The notes under the pieces: model-generated
The model's database searches: none
Seen by the model: only the letters and a program-made list of their open reading frames with translations
What the model was told of the DNA's origin: nothing
Origin: a virus
Length of the DNA: 64,000 bases
Reading direction: 5' to 3' (one strand)
Virus record (IMG/VR): IMGVR_UViG_3300026552_000002
Span: 3,797 to 67,796 of that record
Position numbers and translations under genes: made by a program
Shown here: one piece after another, positions 1 through 9,364 of the stretch
Position numbering within the stretch: position 1 is the stretch's first letter
How the letters are laid out: each line of letters starts with the position of its first letter

Positions 1-149
1 GACAGAGCGAAGCCGGGGAGCAAGTATCCGCCCAAGGCCGAGTGCAACGCGCGGTATTGGTCGCGGCGGCGCGCGAGCTAGCTGCAGACGAAGCGAGGGG
101 CCAGCCCACTACTCCTGGGCTGGCCCCTCGTCCATCGTGGGTGGGCAGG

Positions 150-320
150 TCAGCGGCTGAAGCGCCCCGCCTTCACCGCGGCGACGAGTGCGGACACGTC
201 CACACGCAGCGTTGGGCCGGTGGGGTTCTTCGAGTCGCGGAGTCGGCCATCGTTCGACAGCTCGACGCAGTTGGCGCCGTTGCCGGAACTTCGGCTCGCT
301 TTGCGCCAGGTGGGTTCCAC
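150..320 (-). CDS. DUF397 family small protein (partner of XRE/DUF5753 regulator)
   Basis: Not in ORF track. Manual translation VEPTWRKASRSSGNGANCVELSNDGRLRDSKNPTGPTLRV shows the WRKxSxS-NCVE-RDSK signature; lies just downstream of the XRE gene. Confidence 0.9.
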   Translation of the reverse strand: MEPTWRKASRSSGNGANCVELSNDGRLRDSKNPTGPTLRVDVSALVAAVKAGRFSR

Positions 321-331
321 TGGTTACCTCA

Positions 332-1204
332 CTAATTGATCATTCCTGAGATGAGCTTGAGGCTCTCCTCTTCATCGAGCGCTTGTGCGCCCAGGTGATC
401 GAACAGCATAGAGAGCTGTGTGACCACGTCTTCATCGTCCACGAGATGTCCACCCACGGCATACTCGGTATAACCGACGGGCAAGGAGACCTCGGGCTTG
501 AAGCCAAGAACAGCGAAGCCCCCGGCCATGCTCACGTGCAAGCCGGTCGTGATCGGTAGCACCTGAACCGTGATGTTTGACCGTCCTGCCATCGCTACCA
601 GGTGCCTGAGCTGCGCTGCTGCAACATCGGTATGGGCCAAACGGTGCAGTGCTGACTCAGATACTACGACGTGCAGGTCCAGTAGTGCTTCGGTGTCGAA
701 CAGCCGCTGCTGACGCCGCATCCTTACTGCCACCTTGCGCTCGATCTCACCCGGATCGGCTGTCGGTGCGAACAGGTAGTGCACCTGACGTGCGTACTCC
801 TCGGTCTGCAGCAGCCCGGGGATGAGTTCCAGCTCGAAGGTGCGCTCGCGAGTAGCGACCGCCTCCATGCCGACGAACGCCCCGAACCAAGGCGGCAGCT
901 TGTAGGTCGACCACCAGCCCTGCTTGCTCGCCTCGCGACGGATCTCCTCCAGGACCTCGCGGACCTCGTCTGTCGCGCCGTAGAGGTCCAGTAAGACGGT
1001 CAGCTCCGGCTTGCGGAGTGCGTTCCTCCCGTTCTCGACGTGCCGCACCTTGCCTGGTGAGCATCCGAGCACGTCGGCGGCAGCCTCCACCGAGACGTCG
1101 GCTTGCTTGCGCAGTCTCTGCAGGTGATCGCCGAGCTGCTTCCGGCGCATTGTCGGGCTGGGTGACGACATGGCGGTGAGCCTACCGATCGCGTCGTAGT
1201 TCAC
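332..1204 (-). CDS. XRE-family HTH regulator with DUF5753 domain
   Basis: RRKQLGDHLQRLR HTH N-terminus, GWW, IPGLLQTEEYA and RMRRQQRL motifs; true start may be 1171. Confidence 0.92.
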   Translation of the reverse strand: MNYDAIGRLTAMSSPSPTMRRKQLGDHLQRLRKQADVSVEAAADVLGCSPGKVRHVENGRNALRKPELTVLLDLYGATDEVREVLEEIRREASKQGWWSTYKLPPWFGAFVGMEAVATRERTFELELIPGLLQTEEYARQVHYLFAPTADPGEIERKVAVRMRRQQRLFDTEALLDLHVVVSESALHRLAHTDVAAAQLRHLVAMAGRSNITVQVLPITTGLHVSMAGGFAVLGFKPEVSLPVGYTEYAVGGHLVDDEDVVTQLSMLFDHLGAQALDEEESLKLISGMIN

Positions 1205-1301
1205 CCGTTTGGATGTGGGTGTGGCGTATCACTACGTCGTAGCCTACACCCGTAGCTCACCGTCGATGACGTTAGACCGTAGCGTAGCGGGAGGCACCAC
1301 C

Positions 1302-1613
1302 GTGAAGCAGACCGATGGCTTAGGCCGCGTCCTGGCCACACTGATCAGCCCTGGCCTCACGCCGTTCCTGGCGGTCGGGCTGCTCATGGCCGTTGCCATC
1401 TTGATCGCGGTGCTCCGCGTCCTTCGAGCGCCGGGTCAGCACGCCGGCGCCGGTGAAGGTGCCGCACTGACCGTGAGCGAAGCGACGCTGCGGAACGCCA
1501 CCGAGGACACCGGGGTCATGTACGTGTTCGACGCGGACGCCGACACCTACGGCCGGCACGCGCTGCGCATCGACGACTCCCTGCCGCTGATCTCGCTGGG
1601 ATACGTGGCCTGA
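1302..1613 (+). CDS. small membrane protein
   Basis: GGGAGG RBS before GTG 1302; one hydrophobic segment; divergent from XRE gene. Confidence 0.55.
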   Translation: MKQTDGLGRVLATLISPGLTPFLAVGLLMAVAILIAVLRVLRAPGQHAGAGEGAALTVSEATLRNATEDTGVMYVFDADADTYGRHALRIDDSLPLISLGYVA

Positions 1614-1984
1614 TGATCTCCCGCGCTGCTCGCCACGGTTCGGCATCGGGCATTGGGCCCGGTGGCGAGACAGCGCGGGCGGGGTGTTCCCAATGCACCC
1701 CAGGGGATCGGTGGCGCCTCGACACCGTCGCCGGTCCCCGCTCGACCATCGTCCGCGACGCCGGCCTGACCAACCGGCCTGGCGCGGACATCCCTGGCGC
1801 GGCGGAGTGCCCGTGCCAGGCCGGCGACCCGGGGCCGTGCTGGTTCCTTCTCCTCGGGTCGCCGGCCATTCAAACGGCGGCGGTTACCCCCTCGACCGTC
1901 GCTTGGGCCGCCACGGGCAGCCCGCAGCCCCCCGTCTGCCCGTGGCGGCCCTTCCTCTCTCACTCGATCCGTCGGAGGTGCGTT

Positions 1985-2245
1985 GTGACGCACACGCGCG
2001 TGTCCCTGCCCGAGCCGATGCTGTGCCAGTCGGTGCGCAGACTCCTGCAGGGACCCAGACACCGCCGACGCATCGACGGGATCCGCGCCCGAGTCGACGC
2101 GACCCTGTCGTACCTGCTGACTCCGCCGTCCGACCCCGCCCCCGACCGGGACGGTCGGCGGTCCTACCGCGCCGCTGGTCCGGTTGTCCGAGTCACCGGG
2201 CCGGCGGCGTTCCCACGCCACTACGACCGGCGAGGTGCGGCATGA
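1985..2245 (+). CDS. hypothetical protein
   Basis: GGAGG before GTG 1985; stop overlaps next ATG (ATGA). Confidence 0.35.
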   Translation: MTHTRVSLPEPMLCQSVRRLLQGPRHRRRIDGIRARVDATLSYLLTPPSDPAPDRDGRRSYRAAGPVVRVTGPAAFPRHYDRRGAA

Positions 2246-2622
2246 TCCTGCCACCCGAACAGATGATGTCGATTCCTGAAGCGATCAGCCGATGGCCGGT
2301 GTTGCGGCGGCTCGCTGACGAGGCCAAATCCGGCCACTGGTCCTTCGCGTACGCGGAGCAGCGCGGCGCGTGGGAGTGCACGGCGTTGCGTGTGCACCCG
2401 GACAGTACCGGCGACATCATGCGTTTCCGCTCCGATACCGACGCCGAGGCGCTCCGGGTGACACCGAATGCCGACATCGTCTGGAAGTGGACGGGCACGC
2501 TCGCCGAGGTGCTCGACAAGATCACCGACCTGCCGGCGCCCACTGACCCGTTCGCGCCTCGCCTGGTGCTCGGTCGCGCACCCGCCAAACCACTGACTGC
2601 ACGTCTGATGTGGCCGCGTTGA
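2242..2622 (+). CDS. hypothetical protein
   Basis: GAGG RBS, ATG 2242; globular-looking sequence. Confidence 0.6.
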   Translation: MILPPEQMMSIPEAISRWPVLRRLADEAKSGHWSFAYAEQRGAWECTALRVHPDSTGDIMRFRSDTDAEALRVTPNADIVWKWTGTLAEVLDKITDLPAPTDPFAPRLVLGRAPAKPLTARLMWPR

Positions 2623-2793
2623 CCCCGCGGCCCGAGGTTGCTGCTGCCGCGATCGAGGCTGCCCGGCGTGCACGCCGCGATCTGGTCAAAGCCGCTGATC
2701 GATCAGCTCCGTCGATGGATCGAAGGCCCGTCCAGCGATAGGTGGGCCTTCGGCTTGTCCAGCACTAGTCCCACCTCACCGGGGGAGATTTAT

Positions 2794-4380
2794 GTGTCTA
2801 CGCAGATGCCCCAGGACGTCTTCGACGACCTGTACTCGGCGGTCTACGCGATCCTTGACGACGCGAAGATGGACCGCGACCTGCTGAAGCTCTACAAGGG
2901 CAGCCATGGTGCGACCGATCCGCACAGCCACGTTCTGGAGTTCGGGAGGTTTTTCTACCAACAGCGGCGCGGCCTGCTCGGTTGGGTGGTCGACAAGGTG
3001 GGGCGCTGCTCTCCTGACGTTCTAGACGAGTTCGATGCGCTGCACCGTCCCCGCGTATCCATTCGCGCCGTGTTCGACATGTTGGCCAGTGTGAGCCGCC
3101 GCGACGGGGAGTCCGACCAGGACTTTCTGCACTACCTGGCGCACCGCCGGCACAGTCTCGGCGCGTACCGGGGCGGGTCCAGCGGTTACGACGACGAGGC
3201 GCGGGCGTTCGCAGCAGCGTGCTTTCAGCACTCCGGACTGCAGGTCACCCCGGACGAGGTGTTGGTGTGCTGTGGCGGGGCCAAGGGCGTGTTCCTGGCC
3301 TTCGCCGCGGCGTTGATGTGCACGCGGGTGTTCGACGACCTGCATCACGGCGGCGGACAGCTTCTCGCCCCTGACGGCTACTACCAGTCGCTACGCTTGA
3401 TTCCCGCCATCTTCGGTGGGGACATCGCGGTCGCACCTCAGCTCACGGGCCCGGTTGTGCGGGAATGGCTGGCCGATAGCCAGGGCCAGCAGGGACGAGC
3501 CATCTACGTGCCGCTGGTCAACAACCTGGACGGGCGGGTTCTGGACCGTGACCGCGCACTGGGTATCGCCCAGGTGGTGCTCACCCATAACCAGGATCAC
3601 CCAGGCGACCCGGTGTACGTGCTCGCTGACGACGTGTACGCCGGCAGCTACCTCGGGGACGTCGACCCACAGCCGATCGGCGCGGTCACCGGTGTCGACC
3701 TCGGGGACCACTCCCTCGGGCGCATGTCCGACTGGACCGTCAGCGTCGTCACCCCATCCAAGACGGTCGCACTGCCGACTAGCCGCGTCGCGTTCGCGAC
3801 GTCCACTTCCGCGCGGCTGAGGCAGGCTGTGGCTCACTACCGCACGGTGTTCAGTCACGGTCGCGTGCCGCAGATCGACGAGCTGACGGCGGTTGCGGCG
3901 CTGTGTCTGACTCCGCAGTCGTGGGTGGATGGGTGGAACCTGCGCTACCGGCGCACTGTGCTCGGCCTGGAGCGTGATGTGGCCGCGCTCAACGCGGAGA
4001 TCGGGTGGGAGGCGTACCGGCTGGAGGTGCCGCAGGGCGGCTGGTACATGCCGCTGCAGATGTCCCATCGGCTCCTGCCTTCGCAGGTCACCAGCAGCGT
4101 GGATGCCTTCAGTGTGCTCCTGCACTACGGCGGTGATCGCGTTGACACCGGGATCGGGATGCTGCCCGGCGAGCTGTTCGGCTACAGATCCTCGAACGCC
4201 TTCACTCTGCGCGGCAGTTTCGCCGTCGGTGATGAGGTGCTCGCCGAGCTGGTGCCCCGGCTGCGGGACATGGCCACGATTCTCACTGGTCCCGACGCGA
4301 CGGCCGTGGTTGACCAGGCGCTGACCCGTGCCCGCAAGGTTGCCCCGGTCGACGCGATCTTGCGGCACTGCCGATATTGA
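2794..4380 (+). CDS. PLP-dependent aminotransferase class I/II-like protein
   Basis: LADDVY, TPSKTVALPTSRVAF (PLP lysine) and PQGGWY motifs; GGGAG RBS before GTG 2794. Confidence 0.8.
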   Translation: MSTQMPQDVFDDLYSAVYAILDDAKMDRDLLKLYKGSHGATDPHSHVLEFGRFFYQQRRGLLGWVVDKVGRCSPDVLDEFDALHRPRVSIRAVFDMLASVSRRDGESDQDFLHYLAHRRHSLGAYRGGSSGYDDEARAFAAACFQHSGLQVTPDEVLVCCGGAKGVFLAFAAALMCTRVFDDLHHGGGQLLAPDGYYQSLRLIPAIFGGDIAVAPQLTGPVVREWLADSQGQQGRAIYVPLVNNLDGRVLDRDRALGIAQVVLTHNQDHPGDPVYVLADDVYAGSYLGDVDPQPIGAVTGVDLGDHSLGRMSDWTVSVVTPSKTVALPTSRVAFATSTSARLRQAVAHYRTVFSHGRVPQIDELTAVAALCLTPQSWVDGWNLRYRRTVLGLERDVAALNAEIGWEAYRLEVPQGGWYMPLQMSHRLLPSQVTSSVDAFSVLLHYGGDRVDTGIGMLPGELFGYRSSNAFTLRGSFAVGDEVLAELVPRLRDMATILTGPDATAVVDQALTRARKVAPVDAILRHCRY

Positions 4381-4838
4381 CCCCGACCGTGCGCGTGGCG
4401 TGCCACCACAACATACGGGGCCGCGCCATGATCTACCCCCAACACCTAGTAGAGGAGGTACCTGTGACCGTCCTATCCGATCGCTCACCCGCACCAACCG
4501 CGGAGCTGCCCCAGCGGAAGTTCAGTGGTCTCGCCGTCGAGGTTTCGATTGGCGGCCAACTACACATGCGTGTCGCTACCACGGTCGTCGACAACCGGGT
4601 GGTCGGCATCGACGTTCGGGCAGAGCGGATCGCTGGTTCGGTTCCGGACGGACTGCTGCGCCAGCTCGGGGAGATGGCAACCGTCCTGCTGCAGAGCGGC
4701 TACCCACTGGAGAAGCTCATTGAGTCGTGGCGCGACGTCTGGTTTGAGCCTCTCGGCCACACTGACGACCCCGACATTCAGGACGTGAAAAGCCCGCTCG
4801 ACTACGTGGCCCGTTGGCTGGAAAGGAACTATCTGTGA
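4377..4838 (+). CDS. stand-alone TSCPD-like domain (resembles C-terminus of class II ribonucleotide reductase)
   Basis: LQSGYPLEKLIE..FEPLGHTDDPDIQDVKSPLDYVARWL resembles the actinobacterial NrdJ C-terminus; start uncertain. Confidence 0.7.
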   Translation: MTPTVRVACHHNIRGRAMIYPQHLVEEVPVTVLSDRSPAPTAELPQRKFSGLAVEVSIGGQLHMRVATTVVDNRVVGIDVRAERIAGSVPDGLLRQLGEMATVLLQSGYPLEKLIESWRDVWFEPLGHTDDPDIQDVKSPLDYVARWLERNYL

Positions 4839-5587
4839 CCGAGGACGTCGTCCATTACCAGAAGCTGGCGCCCCAGTTCGAGGACTACTGGTCCTACAGT
4901 CCTGAGTTCGTCGGCTGGATGACCGACAGCCTGGTTGAGCATCTTGGACTGACCGGCATCGAGCGCGTTGTCGACATCGGATGCGCTACCGCTCTGTACG
5001 CGCGGGGCATCGTCAAGCACGCCAGCGAGGTAGTCTGCGTGGACCCTTCGGTGGAAATGTTGGCTCAGATTCCCACCAATCTACATCTAGTGCCGGTGTG
5101 TGGCACTGCCGAGGAAGTCGCTTGCTGCTCGCTGCTGGCCGCCGAACGATTCGACGCGGTTCTACTCAAGGAAGTTATCCACCACGTGCGGCGCGAGGCC
5201 CGGGAAGCCGTACTCGCTGGCCTCGCTCGCCGGCTTACCCCGGGTGGTCGGTTGCTGGTGGCCATGTTGCCTGACCAGCTCGACTATCCCCTGTTTCAGG
5301 CAGCGCTGGACCGTTACGAAGTCGGCACCCGTAAGTACAACGCTAGCCATGTCGTCGAGGCCATGCGCAACGCCGATCTGGACACCGAGGTCGTCACCGT
5401 CTCGTTCCCACTGCGCATCGCGAAGGAGCACTACCTGAATATGGTGCGCGGCCGGTACATGAGCTTGTTCAGTAAGTTCGACGACGAGCAGTTGGCCGCC
5501 GGACTTCTCGAAATGGACCGCGCCCACCCCGAAGAAATCCTGGAGTTCACCGACCGGTTCGCGTTTGTGCGGGGCGTGGCCCGATGA
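4835..5587 (+). CDS. class I SAM-dependent methyltransferase
   Basis: VVDIGCATA motif I, VDPS, FDAVLLKEVIHH and LTPGGRL; GTGA overlap with upstream stop. Confidence 0.88.
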   Translation: MTEDVVHYQKLAPQFEDYWSYSPEFVGWMTDSLVEHLGLTGIERVVDIGCATALYARGIVKHASEVVCVDPSVEMLAQIPTNLHLVPVCGTAEEVACCSLLAAERFDAVLLKEVIHHVRREAREAVLAGLARRLTPGGRLLVAMLPDQLDYPLFQAALDRYEVGTRKYNASHVVEAMRNADLDTEVVTVSFPLRIAKEHYLNMVRGRYMSLFSKFDDEQLAAGLLEMDRAHPEEILEFTDRFAFVRGVAR

Positions 5588-6363
5588 GCGATCACGCCGA
5601 GTTATTTCGTGGATTGGCGCCCACCGTTTCTTATGGAGACAGGTCGTTTCCGAGTCCTGAACAGTACCGGCGTCAGGTCATCCGCCACAGCGGCATCAAG
5701 GCCGGCGACTTCAGCGAACTCTGCATCGCTGCGCAGCGGGACTGGCACGTACGTGGCCAAACCGGCTGCCAGTTCGCGCGCCTGGCCGCGCTGCAAGCAC
5801 ACAGCCTGCGTTGGGACACGCTGGTCATCCCTGACCCGGTGGCACTGCCAGACGTGGATGCCCGCTTGCGGGCGGCCGTCACCAGTGCCGACATCGAGAT
5901 CATGAGTCTGTTGTTCCCCACCATCGCTGATGGCGTTATCGCGGCGGTTGTGATTCGATCCCTCGTTGACCGGTTCGACTTTTGGCTCGAACGTGACGAA
6001 GTGTCCGGCGAAATGCTTCATCTTGGCCTTCGATACCCGGTTGGCTACGACGGCATCCCGGCCTGGGTCATGGCGTTCGCACCTTTCGGCTTCATGCCGA
6101 ATACGCGCCGCGGTCCCTACTTCGAGCTGGCGATCAGGGTCAAGGACAAGCCCGAATCGATCTTCCACCGGCTCAACCAGGACAGGGGGGTCGCACACCT
6201 CGCTGATGCGCCACTGTCGATGTCCGCCAAGCACTGGGAGCATCGATGGGAATCCACGCTGCGACGTACACGCATGATCCTCGGGGGTGAACCTGACGAA
6301 GTGTCGGCGGCGAAAACGACCCTCTCCATCCCTGTCTCGCAGCTAAGCTTCGCCCGTGACTGA
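5584..6363 (+). CDS. hypothetical protein (GQTGCQFA motif)
   Basis: Translationally coupled ORF in operon; no family confidently recognised. Confidence 0.7.
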   Translation: MSDHAELFRGLAPTVSYGDRSFPSPEQYRRQVIRHSGIKAGDFSELCIAAQRDWHVRGQTGCQFARLAALQAHSLRWDTLVIPDPVALPDVDARLRAAVTSADIEIMSLLFPTIADGVIAAVVIRSLVDRFDFWLERDEVSGEMLHLGLRYPVGYDGIPAWVMAFAPFGFMPNTRRGPYFELAIRVKDKPESIFHRLNQDRGVAHLADAPLSMSAKHWEHRWESTLRRTRMILGGEPDEVSAAKTTLSIPVSQLSFARD

Positions 6364-7102
6364 CGCTGCACCTCTCCGCATCACCAACTTGTTCGCCAAG
6401 GCGGCGCACGGCGCACCGATGACTCCGGTGCGCCGTCTGCGTGTGTGCGCGACAGACGGTGTGTGCGACGACGCCAACCCGGCGGGGCGCTCACCACGGC
6501 AGGTGTGCATCGCTGAGGCGTCGAGCCTCGCCGCACACGGGGTAAGCCCGGCAAGCTCTCGCGCGAATCTCGTCCTTGATGACGGGTCGGGGCAACTGCA
6601 CCCGGGGGCGCTACTCACGGTCGGTTCTGTGCGGTTGCGAGTGACATTGACCTGCGAGCCGTGCGCGTACGGTGCTCGACTCGCCGGTACTCCAACCAGG
6701 CGGTTCCGCAACATCGTCCGATGGCTCGCTGTCGTGATCGATGGTGGCGAGCTGCTGGATGGCGACGAAGCGGTCGTGACTGCGGGTGTCTTTCCTGCCG
6801 CGCCTGACGGATTCCGCGAGCGATGTGCCTGGGCACTGGATTACGTGCCGCCGGGCCGAGTCGTGACGAACCTTGAATTTCTGACTGCGATCGGGGCTGG
6901 CAGAAGCTATGCCCGGGTACTGCCCCGCTGGTTGGCGCCGGCACGTACTCAGGGTCGGCCGGTCCACCGGGTACTTACTGCCAATCTTGAGCCGCCGTCG
7001 TGGGCGCCCGATGCCCCTCGGTGGCTCGCGAACGAAGGGCTGGATCAGGGACAACTGAACGCTGGTCGTTACGCGCTCACCCAAGCGCTTTGGTTCAGCT
7101 AG
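6356..7102 (+). CDS. MOSC domain fused to MGMT/ATL-like DNA-binding domain
   Basis: RANLVL, LRVTLTCEPC and GGELLDGD (MOSC); VPPGRVVT..YARVL..PVHRVL (alkyltransferase-like). Confidence 0.72.
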   Translation: MTDAAPLRITNLFAKAAHGAPMTPVRRLRVCATDGVCDDANPAGRSPRQVCIAEASSLAAHGVSPASSRANLVLDDGSGQLHPGALLTVGSVRLRVTLTCEPCAYGARLAGTPTRRFRNIVRWLAVVIDGGELLDGDEAVVTAGVFPAAPDGFRERCAWALDYVPPGRVVTNLEFLTAIGAGRSYARVLPRWLAPARTQGRPVHRVLTANLEPPSWAPDAPRWLANEGLDQGQLNAGRYALTQALWFS

Positions 7103-7118
7103 CCTATGAAAGGCTGAC

Positions 7119-7697
7119 ATGATCAACCGTATCTCTTTGATCACCGGGAGTGAGCGTAAGGCCCGGGTATACACCGCACTGTTCGGTGTTGAGATTGTCC
7201 CAGTCCAGACCAAACTCACCGAGATTCAGTCGCTCGACGTGACTGAGGTGGCTCGCAGGAAGGTCGAAGACGCCTACCTGAAATTGCGCAGCCCCGTATT
7301 GGTGGACGACACCGGTCTAAGCCTACTGGCGTGGAACGGTCTGCCGGGTGCGCTGGTCGCTTGGTTTTTGGAAGCCGTAGGCGCTCAGGGGATCTTGGAC
7401 ATGACGACGGGCCTTGCCGACCGGCAGGCCACTTCGATCACCGCACTCGGTTACGCGGACGCTAATGGCGTGCGGGTCTTCACGGGCAGCATGGATGGAA
7501 TGCTCGCCACAGAGCAGCGTGGCCACAATAGCTTTGGGTACGACACCATCTTTATTCCATCCGGCTGGGATATCACGTTCGCGGAAATGTCTGACGAGCA
7601 GAGGAATGCCATTTCACAGCGTCGGCGAGCAGTTGACGAGTTGCAGAAGGAGATCGGTTTGGTTGACGAGTGGCTGGGACCGGCCGGTGGCCCGTGA
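7119..7697 (+). CDS. Ham1/RdgB family non-canonical purine NTP pyrophosphatase
   Basis: EIQS, VDDTGL, NGLPG, FGYDTIF, TFAEM and RNAISQRRRA motifs. Confidence 0.92.
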   Translation: MINRISLITGSERKARVYTALFGVEIVPVQTKLTEIQSLDVTEVARRKVEDAYLKLRSPVLVDDTGLSLLAWNGLPGALVAWFLEAVGAQGILDMTTGLADRQATSITALGYADANGVRVFTGSMDGMLATEQRGHNSFGYDTIFIPSGWDITFAEMSDEQRNAISQRRRAVDELQKEIGLVDEWLGPAGGP

Positions 7698-7752
7698 CTG
7701 ACTACGGCACACGGATCACGGCAACACACAGCGACAGGCCAGGGAGAACACC

Positions 7753-7932
7753 ATGGACGGTGCACGGGATGACAGCGTGTTCGACTACATCCCCGACGAG
7801 GCCGCACGGGCGCATATCGCCCAGTCGCAGGAGCAGGCCGAGGACGACGAGATCGCTCATGACCCGGGCGACGACGATGGCGGGTTCGGGCCCGGCAGCT
7901 ACTACGACCGGGCGATGAGCAAGGACGACTGA
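7753..7932 (+). CDS. small acidic hypothetical protein (59 aa)
   Basis: GGGAGA RBS, ATG 7753; MDGARDDSVFDYIPDE...; below ORF-track cutoff. Confidence 0.5.
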   Translation: MDGARDDSVFDYIPDEAARAHIAQSQEQAEDDEIAHDPGDDDGGFGPGSYYDRAMSKDD

Positions 7933-7955
7933 CCCACTGTGGAAGAGAGATCATC

Positions 7956-8093
7956 ATGGCAAAGAAGCGGAACAACGGCAGTTGCCCCGTGTGCACGCAG
8001 ACAGTGAACGTGCCGCCCGGCGGGACCGTGCCTCTACACCAGCAAGCCGACAAGCCGGGCACGTGTCCTGGCTCCGGCCAGGCCGCCAACTGA
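7956..8093 (+). CDS. small putative zinc-binding protein (45 aa)
   Basis: MAKKRNNGSCPVCTQ..LH..TCPGSG; purine-rich RBS. Confidence 0.55.
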   Translation: MAKKRNNGSCPVCTQTVNVPPGGTVPLHQQADKPGTCPGSGQAAN

Positions 8094-8107
8094 CGTACGG
8101 TATCGGC

Positions 8108-8335
8108 GTGAAGCTGCGCGAGCTGGATGAGCTGGTGGTCGAGCAGCTCCTGAAGGCTGACCACCCAGAGATCACTCAGATACGGTTCGTCCCCACCACG
8201 GACCAGCCCGACGACCACACGCGGCTCGTCGTCGAGTTCGCGGACGGCTCGACGGGTTATGCCATGGCGACCGAAGTGGCTGGCCCAGGCATCCCGCGGC
8301 ACCGTCGCTTCGAGCTCCCCAAGGAGGCGCTGTAA
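8108..8335 (+). CDS. hypothetical protein
   Basis: GTG 8108; stop overlaps next ATG (TAATG). Confidence 0.55.
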   Translation: MKLRELDELVVEQLLKADHPEITQIRFVPTTDQPDDHTRLVVEFADGSTGYAMATEVAGPGIPRHRRFELPKEAL

Positions 8336-8577
8336 TGCAGGTTCCTGAGTTTCGGAAGCTGTTCGTCAGTGCTCTGGAGGGTCAGCCGGGCATCCGATCA
8401 GTGGAGGACTACCCGGTGCCCGAGGACAGCCACGGGCTGACGGACACGGTCGTGCACTGCACGGACGGCGTCTCTGTCCGGTACCGGCTCGTTCGCACCT
8501 CGCCGCCCGGTGGGGAGCAGAACGCCTCGGATGCCGTGCGGGAGCCGGGCACGACGATTCAGGTCGTTCGGCCGTAG
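8335..8577 (+). CDS. hypothetical protein, possible paralog of upstream gene
   Basis: AAGGAGG RBS; similar length and helix/strand pattern to 8108-8335. Confidence 0.6.
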   Translation: MQVPEFRKLFVSALEGQPGIRSVEDYPVPEDSHGLTDTVVHCTDGVSVRYRLVRTSPPGGEQNASDAVREPGTTIQVVRP

Positions 8578-8584
8578 ATACGAC

Positions 8585-8630
8585 AAAACGCCCCCTGCCG
8601 CGGATACGTTCTCCGCGACAGGGGGCGTCG
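8585..8630. terminator. GC-rich hairpin, probable terminator
   Basis: ACGCCCCCTG...CAGGGGGCGT inverted repeat preceded by AAAA. Confidence 0.55.
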
Positions 8631-8678
8631 TCTGCTCGGCTCCTATTCGGATGAAGTGGATGAAAGGCGACAATAGTC

Positions 8679-8954
8679 GTGGATCTGGTGCAGTGGGATG
8701 TTCCCAAGAAGCGGCGCAACGGTAGTTCGTATTATGAACAGTCGGGGGTTCATGCGACGGAAGACCGGAAGAACACTGTCTGCGGCACTGACATCACCAC
8801 GAAGCGCAACCCTTCGATCTTTCGTACAATCACGTGGGCAGCCGTGGTGACCTGCTACAACTGCGCCTACCGGTTGGCGCTGCAGGGGAAGTGGCCGCTG
8901 GACCGGGTCCCCGGCAAGAACGGGACCACCCACCCGGCGCCGGTCGCCCAATGA
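8679..8954 (+). CDS. small Cys/His protein
   Basis: H..CG..TCYNC pattern; ATGA overlap with next gene. Confidence 0.5.
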   Translation: MDLVQWDVPKKRRNGSSYYEQSGVHATEDRKNTVCGTDITTKRNPSIFRTITWAAVVTCYNCAYRLALQGKWPLDRVPGKNGTTHPAPVAQ

Positions 8955-9355
8955 GCGTCCACTGGCACGGCACCGCCCACGGCGAGGTCGTTGACGACGA
9001 GGGAAATACCCGCATCGTCGGAATTCCGCAGGTCGGACTGGACGAGGTCGTGGCACTGCTGGATCCGGACGCGGTTGCCAACTGGGTTCAGCAGCTCACT
9101 CGCGACTACGCCATGCGTGAGCCGATCGTGTGCCAGCCCCCGAACGTACGTTGGGCCTTGACGCACGACGCAGAGAACCAGCTCGAAGCCGCGAAACGGG
9201 ACCGCATCGTGGCCATGATGGGTGACAGCCTGATCATCACGTTCCGCGACGACAACGGTGTTCTCCTGGTCATCGAGTGCCGGGCCGTCCACTCCCCGAT
9301 GCCCATGCAGGGCGGTGGCGGCGTGGTGTGCGTCGTGTGTGGCGCTGCCTGCTGA
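8951..9355 (+). CDS. hypothetical protein
   Basis: ATG 8951 overlapping upstream stop; C-terminal CVVC. Confidence 0.5.
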   Translation: MSVHWHGTAHGEVVDDEGNTRIVGIPQVGLDEVVALLDPDAVANWVQQLTRDYAMREPIVCQPPNVRWALTHDAENQLEAAKRDRIVAMMGDSLIITFRDDNGVLLVIECRAVHSPMPMQGGGGVVCVVCGAAC

Positions 9356-9364
9356 GTGCGCCGG

